Positions 12,261 through 24,069 of a stretch of DNA of 64,000 nucleotides are shown here, piece after piece (position 1 is the stretch's first letter; each line of letters opens with the position of its first letter). The stretch is taken from assembly GCF_004010195.1 (NCBI RefSeq), contig NC_057719.1, positions 9,333,804 to 9,397,803 of the forward strand, in the 5' to 3' direction. Below the pieces are notes generated by a model, which saw nothing but the letters and a program-made list of their open reading frames with translations, was not told the origin of the DNA and searched no databases. Source of the DNA: Chiloscyllium plagiosum (Eukaryota). The position numbers and the translations under genes were made by a program.

Positions 12261-12828
12261 AATTACAGTTCTGATTGCAGGAGTTTTGAGGGATGGGGAA
12301 TAAATTAGCCTTTTTGAGAGGGGGGGCAAGCGATTACTGTGACACTAAAGTCTGTAAACAATGCCTAAACTTCATTATGTGCTAATCGATGGATGCTTGG
12401 CTGCTTGTCCTGTATCGATGGGTGTAAATTCCTTTGTAAACAATTAATGAAGTTTAAATCCAATTTTGCTTACCTAGACTAGTTTGTTATTGGGTAATAG
12501 ATGGGTCATGATGAGTTACAGGACACTCACTCAATCTGTGACATCCTGAAGCTCAAATGATTTTGTGCATATCAATAGAATGATGACTCATTGTCTTGTA
12601 CACACTGCAGGTCATTTCCAATTCTTGATTGAATATTTAAACAATACTGAAGGAAAACTTCTTGAAATTGTTACCTGTCAGCAAAATGAAAGCTTGATAT
12701 CTTGGAAAGAAGTCAAAGTAATGCATCTTCATGCGCCCTCAGGCCTTGTCTCCTCATATTGCATTACTGCCAAAACACTACAAAGTCTATTGGGTGACAA
12801 GGAGGAAGAGGAAAAGGGCTCCAATTCA

Positions 12829-13052
12829 AAGTAGAAAAGCAGGAGGCTGGGAGAACACAGCAAGCCAGGCAGCAGCAGGAGATTAAGAAGTCAACTTTTT
12901 GGGTATTAATCGAGTAGGATTAAATTCTAATCCTGAAGAAGGGTTAATACCTGAAACGTTCTCTTCTCCACCTCCTGATACTGTTTGGCTTACTGTGTAC
13001 TTTCAGCCTCCTGTTTGTCTACTTTGGATTCCAGCATTTGCAGTCTTTTTTG
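12829..13052. mobile_element. Fold-back PLE terminal-repeat element (family D)
   Basis: Arms aagtagaaaagcaggaggctg / cagcctcctgtttgtctactt. Hammerhead core ctgaagaagggttaatacctgaaacgtt. Confidence 0.75.
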
Positions 13053-13095
13053 GGATTCTAATTCACCGGGATCTGAGGTGCCCTCTTATAGTTTA

Positions 13096-13293
13096 GGAGA
13101 AAGTGAGGTCTGCAGATGCTGGAGATCAGAGCTGAAAATGTGTTGCTGGAAAAGCGCAGCAGGTCAGGCAGCATCCAGGGAACAGGAGAATCGACGAAGC
13201 CCTTCCTGAAGAAGGGCTTATGCCCAAAACGTCGATTCTCCTGTTCCCTGAATGCTGCCTGACCTGCTGCGCTTTTCCAGCAACACATTTTCA
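13096..13293. mobile_element. Fold-back PLE terminal-repeat element (family A) with 14-bp TSD
   Basis: Near-perfect inverted arms. TSD cctcttatagttta at 13082-13095 and 13294-13307. Confidence 0.9.
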
Positions 13294-14039
13294 CCTCTTA
13301 TAGTTTACTCAGGTAGCTATTCTCTCTGTGAGTCTACGGTCCTGTCAATCCATTAAACTCTTCACGGAGGCTGAATCTGTCCTCTTCAAAATGGCATGCA
13401 TATGTGTGGTTTATCTAAAAAACTATTAACAGTTTATAGCATCTCACTGGTTACAATGGGTTACAATGTTTAAATGCTTAATCCACATGGCATTGTTTTC
13501 GGATTAAATAGAATTGCCAATCTGATTAACAAGATATATTAAAATTAAGTAAACATTCTTACACAGTAAGGGAGTTAACTATCTAAAGGGCCAAAACAGA
13601 GAAAGCAGGTAGCACAGGACAATGTTGGGAAAAGTACAAGAACTCTATCTCTGAGGAAGGAATGTAAAATTGCTTTCTCTATGCCAAGGAGCTAGGCTCA
13701 ACTCTGGCACAGGCAGGAGATGGGCAGTATTGAATTGACTGCCTGCTGTGCCTTGGAGCATTATCCTGTCAATTGACTTCAATGAATCCACTGGCTTTAG
13801 CTTCTGTCATCATGTATTAGTGTTAGAGTTTTTAATGCAGTGAAACATTAGCCTAAAGGGACTTTACAGGAGCAATTACTGTACCAAATTGAAACGTGGC
13901 TCTGGGTTATATAATGAGATATTTGACGAGATAGCCAAAAGCTTTGTCAAATGTTTAAAAGATGATTTATAGGTGGAAAGAGAGCAACTGAGGCACAGGG
14001 AGGGAGCTTAAAAAAAGTATTTCGTAGAATGTGAGTTTT

Positions 14040-14505
14040 GCTGACTGGGCAAGCATTGTCCATCTCTAACAACCCGGGAGCAGGTGGTGGTGAGCTCCCT
14101 TCTTGAACTGCTGCAGGTCAAGTTCTGTCAGGGAGGGAATTCTAGGCTTTTGACTCAACAACAGTGATCAAATGGTGATTTACCTCCAAGGTAGGACCTG
14201 TGTACCTTGGAGGGAGCTTTTGCAGGTGGTAATAATTTAGGTGGTAATAATGCCAGGTACTTGTTGTCTTTGTCCCTGTAGATGGTCGAAATTGTGGGCT
14301 GGAAGCTACTGATGAAAAAGCCTCGGTGAGTTGCTGCAGTGCATCTTGTAGATGGTGCGCTCTGCTGTCACTGCGTGTTGGTGATGGAGGGAATGAATGT
14401 TGAAGATGCCAGTCATGTTGGCTGTTTTGTTCTGGGTGGACTCAAGCTTCTTGAGCATTATTGGAACTGCACCCAACCAGGTAAGTGGTAGTATTCCACT
14501 TACCA
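14040..14505 (-). mobile_element. Second CR1/L2-group LINE, 3' fragment
   Basis: Minus translation PLTWLGAVPIMLKKL..IYKMHCSNSPRL; homologous to 24070-24908. Confidence 0.75.
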
Positions 14506-14698
14506 AGTGGCAGTTGGGACGTCATGTTGAGGTTGCTCACCAACATCGGTGAGGTCTCTTCTGGAATACTGTCTCCAGTTCTGGTCACCCTGTTATAGGA
14601 ATGATATTACTAAGCTGGAGAGAGGTCAAAAGAGATTTACCAGGATGTTGCCAGGTATAGAAGGTTTGAGTTATAAAGAAAGGCTGGATAGGCTGGGT
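14506..14698 (+). mobile_element. HER1/CR1 ORF2 fragment
   Basis: LEYCLQFWSP..LER..RFTRMLPG-like translation. Confidence 0.75.
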
Positions 14699-14708
14699 GT
14701 CTCTGCCT

Positions 14709-15165
14709 AGGCCAGAATTTGGTGCCCCATTCCTAATTGCCCAGAGAGCAGTTAAGAGTCAATCACATTGCTTTGGGTCTGGAGTCACATATAAGCCACA
14801 CCAGTTACAAAGGCTTGTCGATCTTGGATTCCAGCATCTGTTGGTTTTTTGCCGCTAACGAAAAAGGGCTATACCCAAAACGTTGACTTCTCCATCTCCT
14901 GATGCTGCTTGGCTTGCTGTGTTCTTCCAGCCTCCTGCTGGTCTATGCAGGTAATGAGGAAGGCAGTTTCCTTCCCTAATTAATGAGCCAGAAAGGATTT
15001 TCCTGACTTTCGACAATGGATTCATCGTCATCATTGGACTCTCTAATTCCAGATATTTATTGACTTCATATTCCACCATCTGGCGGGATTTAAACTGGGT
15101 CCCCAAAACATTATCGGCTTCATTGGACTAACAGTCTAGCAATAATACCATGAGGCCATTGCCCC
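14709..15165 (-). mobile_element. tRNA-type SINE family 2, containing a family D PLE insertion at about 14815-14945
   Basis: gggtctggagtcacat..ggcagtttccttccc motif shared with 22482, 46640, 54280 and 58003. Confidence 0.75.
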
Positions 15166-15619
15166 TCAGGACATTACAAAGTCAAACTTAAACTTGGGAT
15201 TGTATGATGAGCAAATGTAGTTTTCAAATCTGGAATCTAAATAACTCTGTTCACTTAAAAGTGTCTCCCATTTCTAAAAATAAAAGAAACAAACTCTTGG
15301 CAATAACACAATTTTTTTTGCTGTTCAGGGTACCTTTCATTCAACTGATGAGTAATGATGACATTATCGCAGAAGTGTACAAGTGAGCTGACTTAATCAA
15401 CAGTTAAAAATGATGCGATTACCAAAGCAGATCGTGTTAATTACTGTATTCAAATTATGCAAATACACAGCCCCTTGTACTGGTGAGCTGAGTCACACTT
15501 ACAAACCAAAGTTCCTCTGTGATTCTGCTCATTGTTCACACAATATCCTGTGGATGTTACAGAGTGAATTACAGCAACTAGGCCAAGCTCTGCTGAGGGA
15601 TCAAGGCAAATAACCTTTA

Positions 15620-15709
15620 ACGAAAGTGGAATTTGCTGGAGAAACTCAGCAGGCCTGAAAGCAGAGTTAGCATTTCAAGTCCACTGGCCCATCTTCAGAA
15701 CATAAAGTT
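15620..15709 (-). mobile_element. Short PLE terminal repeat (family C) with 9-bp TSD
   Basis: taaccttta at 15611-15619 and 15710-15718. Degraded hammerhead. Confidence 0.65.
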
Positions 15710-16354
15710 TAACCTTTACAACAAGGTCAGTAAGTGGCAAAAACAGGAAACATTCCCAAGTTCAAAGGATAGTGAACGTTCAAAATTATTTTCCCCAAAA
15801 AACACTGCTGAAAATTTCATGAACCACCTCAGCAGATTCTGTGAACATGGACTGCTTTCCCAGTTTTCCTTTCATTCATAACACCAAGTTTTCCATGTGT
15901 GTTCTTCTCTGTTTGTGAGTTGTGCATGTGTGCACGTGTGTGCATAAGGGCTAATGCATAGAGAAATTTGGGCTTTAACTAGTTGGAGGTATATGTCAGC
16001 CATTCTTTTTTTTAACCTATAACTAGAGTCTCTACTTGTAATGGATACATGTTAAATATAGAAACCTGACTCATGGTCTCTCTCAGTATGGACGAGAAAA
16101 TGAGGCAAATTGGGAAATTCTGTGCACTTTTAGAACTCTGTAATTTTTGTGATGACTCCAAGCATAGCAGGGCTTGATTATCATTGTGAGGTGCAACACT
16201 TCACTTAACTATTTATCGCAAATTGCTTCCACTGTGTAGTGTGCTTGCAGTTCAAGGTTAGACTTCAATTTTGGATATGTCTGTGTTGGTCTGGCATGCT
16301 CTCCTACACTTCTCATTGAAACAGTGTTATAAAATCAACATTATCCCAGAAGAA

Positions 16355-16522
16355 CATAGGCTGGTCTCTGAGACAGAGAGAAAAAACTAGTGATGGTTTA
16401 ATCTGAGGGTCACCACGCCTCAGATGAGGGGAAAGGCTACAAAGGTAGCCCCAGAGCTGGGAAGTGAACCCATGCTGTTGGCATCACAGCACAGCCATTC
16501 AGCCAGCTGAGCTAGCTTTGGA
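16355..16522 (-). mobile_element. tRNA-type SINE family 3
   Basis: ctgagggtcaccacgcctcag..gaacccatgctgttggcatc..ctgagcta; homologous to 21805 and 51075. Confidence 0.7.
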
Positions 16523-16584
16523 CCTGCTGGCTGTAGAGTAACCAAAGAGTAAGGGTCACGAGGACAGAGTTTATAGTTGAATCG

Positions 16585-17124
16585 AATCACAGAATCCCTA
16601 CAGTGTGGAAGCAGGTCATTCAGCCCATTGAGTCCATACTGACCCTCCAAACAGCCACCCTCCGAGACTCACCCCATCCCTGTGACCCTGCATTTACCAT
16701 GCCTAATGCACCTAACCTGCACATGGAACAGGGCAGCCCTTCCTCATGAAGGGCTCCTGCCCGAAACATCGATTTTCCTGCTCTTTGGATGCTGCCTGAT
16801 CTGCTGTGCTTTTCCAGCAGCACACATTAATCTTATCTCTGCACATGGAACAGTACAGTGCAGGAACAGGCCCTTCAGCCCACAATGTTGTGCTGAACAT
16901 GACATTAAATTAAACGAATCTCTTCTGCCTGCGCTGGGTCCATGTCCTTCCACATTTACATGCTTTTGCACTGTGGGAGGAAACCGGAGCACCCAGAGGA
17001 AACCCATGCAGACACGGGGGAGAATGTGCAAACTCCACACAGACAGTAGCCCGAGCCTGGAATCAAACCCAGGTCCCTGGCGCTGTGAGGCAGCAGCGCT
17101 AACTACTGAGCCACCATGCTGCCC
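16585..17124 (-). mobile_element. HE1-type V-SINE with nested LINE tail and PLE insertions
   Basis: HE1 tail at 16585-16720 and head at about 16965-17124. Confidence 0.85.
16732..16838 (+). mobile_element. Short PLE terminal repeat (family A) with 15-bp TSD
   Basis: ctgcacatggaacag at 16717-16731 and 16839-16853. Core ctcatgaagggctcctgcccgaaacatc. Confidence 0.85.
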
Positions 17125-18079
17125 AATGTCATACACAAGGTAAAAATTCAGGTACCAGTCATTTGCATCGGTATCTCAGATAATAAACAATAGCTTCAAT
17201 ATGCCAGGTGGTAATTGTGACCAAGGTATTTCACATGGATTCTCATAAGCTATTAGTCAAGTGAGAACAAGTACTGCAAACTATTAATTAAAGTGTAGAC
17301 AATGTATGGGAAAAATGTATTTTGCTCCGAGTTAGTAATATCTATTAAGATGGATTAACCATCAAGTGATGAAGTAAATGTATTACCAAATTCTTTGTCT
17401 GAATGTCATGAAGAAGTATTGCCTAATGGTGAGCAATAGAGACTTAAAAGTAAGTACATTTTGAAATATGATAACTTGAAGAAAATAATGCGTGAGCTTT
17501 CAAGAGGCAACTAGATAAATCCACCGATCTTCAGGGGCTATGAGGAAAGATCAAGACATTAATTGTAGTGCTCATTCAAACAGGCACAATGGGTGAAATG
17601 GCTTCTTGCTCTGTTGTATCATTTTATGCTTCTGCGAACCCAGATCAATCCTCCCCTCTGTTTACTCCTTTAATCTACATGGGTAAAACTGTTGAAAGGC
17701 ACCAAAGAAAGACTATTTTCTTCAGAGTTGAGATGTACAATATTTCACGGGAGACAAGAAAGTGCTGTCAAGGTTTAAAGTGCCTGAGCTATGTGGGTGA
17801 GCCACAATGTTAAATGTGACTCATTATGTACATGAAATCTTTTGAGATGGTGCCTCTGTAAGATTCTTCACTGAAATAAAAGAAGTAGACCTTTTTAGAG
17901 TGATTATGGCTAAGAGATATGAGCTACGTTTTTGTAATGGGTCACAAAAAGCACAATGAGCCAGGTCTTACCAGGTTCTAATGGACACTGAACGGAACAG
18001 GCCAAATGACTCCAATTAGAAGCTTGATGGACACATAAGTGGTGTGTCCTACAATGTTCTGCACATCTGTATTATTTAA

Positions 18080-18609
18080 TAGAGTCACAGAATAATAGAT
18101 ATGTACAGCATGGAAACAGGCACGTCGGTCCAATTCGTTCATGCTGACCAGATATCCTAATCTAAGCTAGTCCCATTTGCCAGCAATTGGCCCATATCCC
18201 TCTAAATCCTTCCTATTCATAGACCCATTCAGATGCCTTTTAAATGCTGTAAATGTACCAGGCTCCACCACTTCCTCTAGCAGCTCATTCCATACATGCA
18301 CCACTCCCTGCATGAAAATGTTGCCCCTTAGGTCCTTTTAATATCTTTCCCCTCTCACCCCAAACCTATGCCCCTCTAGTTTTGGACACCCCCACCCCAG
18401 AGAAAAGACCTGTTGTTTTTTACCCTATCCATGCCCCTCATGATTTCATAAACTGCTATGAGGTCACCCCCACAGCCTCCGACTCTCCATGGAAATCAGC
18501 CCCAGCCTGATCAGCTTCTCCCGATAACAGAAACTCTCCAACCCTGGCAACATCCTTGTACATCTTTTCTGAACCCTTTCAAGTTCCACAACGTCCTTCC
18601 GATAGGAGG
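18080..18609 (-). mobile_element. HER1/CR1 LINE 3' fragment
   Basis: Homologous to 10311-11047. Confidence 0.85.
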
Positions 18610-18749
18610 AGTACTTTGAGAATTGGTACCCAGCTCAAATGCTGCTCAGTGTTTATTCCCAAGCCCCCACTACCCGAGTGAAGAAGAAATTACAAGGCCA
18701 AGTTCATTAAAACAAAGAGGAGGTACAAATACGGACTCTGGAAATAAAG

Positions 18750-18950
18750 GCAACAATAATACTGGAAATGCACATCACGTCAGGCAGAACCTGTTTCAGG
18801 TCGAGACGCCCTCCCATCAGAATTGACAAAAAACAGAAAAGTGAGGGTTTTTAAACAGTACAAGTTGTAAGGGGGCAGGAAGTAGAACCTGGAAGCCCTG
18901 TATCTCTCAAATGGCAGAGGTTTGGTGAGGCAAGGGTGGGAGGAGGCAGG
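18750..18950 (-). mobile_element. Degraded PLE 3' end
   Basis: gtcaggcag..gtttcaggtcgagacgccctcccatcagaa followed by purine-rich tract. Confidence 0.45.
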
Positions 18951-19975
18951 TAGCAGATTCTTCAATGCCTTCTTTCCTTCCTGATTAAATACCTCTCCAC
19001 CCATTCATTAAACCTGTTACAGGGGAGGGTACAAGATTTCATATCCTGCAGGCCCGTGGTCTAATTGCCACAAAACAGACATCCACAGATTGGTCAGATT
19101 GGTTGTGAAAATCACAACGAGACACGCTGTGTCGAGAGGGAGGTAGAGCCATCACAGCCATAATCAGCCAGAAAAGGAACAACACACAAAAGAGGCCATT
19201 CAGCCCCTCATGGGCGGTCCAGCTGAAGAAAATGGGTATCCATTTGAATCCCACTTTCCAGGACTCGGTCCATAGTCTTGCAGGATACGGTACCTCAAGT
19301 GCACACCTATGTTCCTTTTAAATCAGTTGACGGCTTCAGCCACAATCATCAAACCAGGCAGCAACTTCAGGCACCCACCACCTTCGGAGAGAAAACATTT
19401 CACCTCCAAATCTTTTACCTTAAATCTGGTTATTGGCTTCTCTGTAGCGATATTCCCTGTGCCCTCGTTATATCCCTGTGCCCAAACCCTTCAATATTCT
19501 GCACACCTCAATGAAGGTACCCCTCTGCTTCCTCCCTCCTGAGAAAAACAAGCCAAGCCTACTGAATTGTTTTGCCAACTACAAATTTCAAGCCCTGGAA
19601 GCTGCATATGCATTTACATAGCACCAGATCATTCACCATACACAACACTGAGCACTCCCGCAGCTACATAATAATGAAGTGCAAAGTTTTGCACATTACT
19701 ACATCAGGTGATACCTGAAGACTCTGGGGTTTTTCCAGAGGCTTGGTATTCTTCATGTTAGCTCAGCACATGTGGCCCGGATATTTCCTGAGCTAACTCC
19801 GAACCACTGACATTTGTGCACTCTCCTCTGTTTTTCAGATCATCTAATAGTCCTGAAACATCTATTCATCAACAATTCCAAACATCTCTGCCTTCTCTAT
19901 TCCCCAAGGCTTAAAACAGATGGAATTATTTACAGCTTTCCTTGAAAAGGAGTGGTACTCCCTGAAATTGTCAGT

Positions 19976-20615
19976 GGTAATGATATTATGGCTTTAAGAG
20001 GTGTATTTTTTAATGACAAAAGGTTGAGACAGAGGTGCGAAGCAGACTGCTAAACACCAAAAAAGGTAAGCAGCTTGTGAGTCCCTGGGGCCTTTTTAAA
20101 AAAAAAGTTTAAACAATAGAAGCATCCTGAATGGGTGGGGTCATGCTCTCACAGAACCAGGATTTTTAGTTTTATTTTTCAGCAGTTGCTGGCACCTTGA
20201 AGATGGATGTGGACACTCAAATTCCTCTCTCTGTTACAGCTAAAAGCCAAGTTCTGTTCCTGCTGCTAGAATTGCATATGAGACAATTTATTTTACTGAA
20301 TTTGCCTTTGCCAAGGGTGTGTTTATGGGATGTTACTATATTAAAACGGCTAATTAGTTATAATATATATCTATTGTTTTGTTAAGCATTTCTGTGGAGT
20401 GATAGTTCAGCCATTTCTTTTTTGTTGTTTTTATTTTGTCTGTATTTTAAATGCAGCGTAAAATATAAAGTGTGTTTTGCTTAAAGCCAAGCAGTTTGAT
20501 CAAGTGAATTGCATTTGGAATGCAATGCCTCACACCTACCTTTAAAATAAGAAAAAGTTCGGCTCTTGACTATCTACTTAATACATTTGGAGGGGGTTTG
20601 GTTTGGTCCATAACA
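19976..20615 (+). mobile_element. Probable solo LTR
   Basis: Ends ..ccataaCA, starts (g)gtaatgat (imperfect terminal inverted repeat). Flanks cagt/cagc. AATAAA-like aatataaa near 20462. Confidence 0.55.
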
Positions 20616-21086
20616 CAGCGCTATCAAAATGTTCACAGAATTATTCTGACAGGAGCTTTGAAAAATATGATCAGTATGGAGTTAAAAAAAACAAATTGCA
20701 ATATATATGCATATCTTCAGTTGCTTTCTTTAAATTTAATTTTCCTCCAGCGTTAGTCGCAGTACCTAGTAAAGTGCAACACTTTGCACTTCATTATTAT
20801 GTTGAATTGTGCCTGAGGAACATATAATGTACTCTGTAAATAAGTGTCATTAGTTTGTATCTAATTACTGTGTTTTATATGTTAACCAGCAGAACCAAGT
20901 TTTGAAATTATTACATTGGCAACAAGGTTAAGGCCTGCATCTCAAAATTACAAAAAAAAAACAAAAGCCAGTCAAGTCTGTAAAGAAGATTACAGTCAAA
21001 TATCTCTTTTTGGAAACTAGCTCCAGAAAATTGACTACAATGATGGCAGCCTGTTGTTGGCAAGGGCGTGGATGGATGTGAGATAG

Positions 21087-21220
21087 CACCCAGAGGAAAT
21101 CCACGCAAACAAGGAGAGAATATGCAAACTTCATGCAGTCAGTTGGCCGAGGGTTGAATTGAACCTCAGTCCCTGGCGCTGTGGGGTAGCAGTGCTGACC
21201 ACTAAGGCACAGTGCTGTCC
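21087..21220 (-). mobile_element. HE1-type SINE 5' fragment
   Basis: Reverse tRNA head and start of core. Confidence 0.75.
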
Positions 21221-21804
21221 TGCAAGTAAGGCACAGGCACTGCTGGGGTGTTGATGGATAAGGATTGGATCTGTCCCAATTGAGACACTTAGCATCAGCA
21301 TCAAACCCTCTCAGGACAGGAACAGCACAGCCAAAGGAAGAGGTTCCTTCTGCTCTGCTCCAGCATCACAGTTCAGATACGATCTCAGAAGAGCATTTCC
21401 TAACCACACACAGGCAAAAGGAACTGGTTCAGACATTGTTTTTGTTTTAATAAACCATGCTTCCCTAGTGCATTCTCCTTGGAATACCTTGATCAATCAA
21501 AATGCCAACCAACCAGCTATCTTTTTGCCGTACGGCATAAATTGTTGTTCCCTTCAAAAATAGGCATTCTCACATCTGTCCTGATGAGTGCGAGATGAAA
21601 AACTTTAACAGTATGTCTTCATTTACAGCAATACCTCCTAAATACAGACCTATGCCATTTGTGACAGTTTCCACTAGGCTTGCCAACTCTTGTACATATT
21701 CCTGGGCACTTATAGCCTCATAGCTGTAACAAAGCTACACATCAGTCCTCTCTCTCATCCCCACACTCCGGGTAACCTCGTGTGTCTGAGTTGCCACAGT
21801 CTTA

Positions 21805-22018
21805 CAGACCATACGGCTTTTATCTCATGAGTTGGATAGAGAAGGAGACAATTGGTGGTGATTTAACCTGAAGGCCACCATGTCTCAGGCGAGAGGGGAG
21901 AGACTGAGAAGGAGAGTCCTTCATGGTGACCTCAGCCGGTGTAAGAATTGAAACCACGCTGTTGGCATCACCTTGCTTCACAAACCAACCATCCGGCTCA
22001 CTGAGCTTAACTGACCCC
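21805..22018 (-). mobile_element. tRNA-type SINE family 3
   Basis: Best-preserved copy of this family in the window. Confidence 0.75.
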
Positions 22019-22481
22019 CACTGGGTTACTGAGTTAGTCCACCCTCTCAGGAACCATAGCCAAATAGAACACATAAATGTTGACTGGGTGATTATGAGTC
22101 AGACAGCCTTATTCCAAGCCCCCTCTACCTATCTATAATACTTCTCTCGCCGAAAAGCAAAAATGATCAGAAAGCGAAAAATAAACATTTATTTTGTGCC
22201 CCGATACTGTTTTTCCACGATTCCCCTTGGCAAGGCCCTGGAGATTAATCTTCAATCCTTGTGGGTGTGGTTACCATTCTTCCCACATCAATCATCCTGT
22301 GGCCTCTATGAACAAAACAGCCAGCGTGAACAAATTAACAGCAAACTCGTGGCATGTGCTCCTTCCTCCAAGGGGTTTATGGACTAAAGCAGCTCAAGTC
22401 AATCCCACAGACATCCCCTCGGATACATTCACACTGAGCTCACGTTCATCCATTTACTGGGATGCTCTTAAATGTTACATT

Positions 22482-22812
22482 TATTCATTCATGGGCTGTG
22501 AGCCTCACTGCCTGGACCAGCATTTGCTGCCTGTATCGAGTCGTCCAGAGGGCTTTTAAGAGTAAACCATGTTGCTGTGGATCTGGAGTCATGTGCAGAT
22601 AAAGCAGGTAAGAATTGGCAGATTTCCTTCCTTGAAGGGCATTAGTGAACCTAATGGTCTTTTTAACGACATCTAAAATGTTATACCGAATCAAAATATT
22701 ATACCGAATCAAATTTCACCATCTGCCACTGTGAGATTCAAGCCTTCACTCACAGAGCATTAGCCAAGAGTCCTGAATACTTACTCCAGTGATACTACCA
22801 TTTCACCACCAG
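22482..22812 (-). mobile_element. tRNA-type SINE family 2
   Basis: gatttccttccttgaagggcattagtgaacc motif. Confidence 0.75.
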
Positions 22813-22892
22813 TGCCACTTCCCCTGCATCTACTGAACGCGAATCAGAGAGTAAAGAGAGCTGTGTCTTCCACGTTTTACCTCTCCTTACCT

Positions 22893-23375
22893 GAGGAAGG
22901 ATGCTTGGGCTATGGACAGAACACATTGAAAGTTTACCAGACCGATCCCTGGGATAACAGGACTGACGTATGAAAGGAGACTGGATTAGTTAGGAGTATA
23001 TTCACCCGAGTTTAGAAGAATAAGAAGGGGATCTCATAGAAACCCACAGAATTCTAACAGGACTAGGCAGGGTAAACTCAGAATCACAAGTCACAGTCTA
23101 ATGATATGAGGTAGGTCATTTAGGACTGCGCTGAGGAGAAATTTCTTCTCCCAGACAGTGGGTGCCCGTGGAATTCTCTGCTACAGAAAGACATTAAGGC
23201 CAAAACACAGAAAGTTTTCTAGATGGAGTTGATCTGGATCTTCGGGCGACAGGGATCAAAGGGTGTGGAGTAGAAAGTGGAATCAGGGCACCGAGTTGGA
23301 TAATCAGCCATGATCATATTAAATGGTGCAGCAAGCTTGAAGGGTCGAATGGCCTACTTGCCATTTTCTATGTTT
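22893..23375 (+). mobile_element. CR1 LINE 3' fragment
   Basis: FTRPIPG..L.YE..L..LG..GDLIE-like translation plus 3' tail. Confidence 0.8.
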
Positions 23376-24069
23376 TATTATGCCTGATCACATTTAAAAC
23401 CCTGCTGCCTGTATTCTAACTTGCACCATCCAATCCATCCACCCATAACGAGGCCTGCGCTCACTGGTTTATACTGGCTCCTGGCCTAGGGCATCGCTGG
23501 TTTAAATTTCCCATCCCATTGTTCCCATGCACCTCACACCTCTCTGTCTCTATAACTTCTTCCAGCCTTTGCACTCCTCCAATTTTCACTGTGGATAAAT
23601 TTCCAATTTTTATTGCTCTTCTTTGGTGGCTGTGTTTGACACCTCTCAAACCCTCCGAGATCTGGAATTCTCTCTGTAACTATCATCTTTCCACATCTCT
23701 CACTCTTGCATTATCCTTTAACTCAAATTCCACGACCATACATTTTTGTCAGCCATTCTAATGTCTCTTGAAGTGGCTTGATGCCAAATTCCATCTGTCC
23801 ATATTCCTCAAATCACATTGGGATGCTTCATTACATCAATATGCTATCTAAATGTAAGTTGTTGTTGTGCAAGACTGCACCACTTGGCCTACCTGCTGAA
23901 ATGTCATTAGCATCAGCTGCAAGTCCTGGAACCTGTCCCTGGAGACAGTGCTGACAAGGATGGTTGGGGCACATTGTGCGTGAGTGTCGGGAGGGCCTGG
24001 AAATTAAATGTTCCTATTGCTTATGGGATCCAGGTTTGACTGGAAGGAGAGGAGAGGTACTTTTTTGTA

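Noticed and set aside
15890..16190. Possible LTR fragment (also 56500-57240)
   Set aside because: Composition is suggestive, but no boundaries or TSD can be defined.
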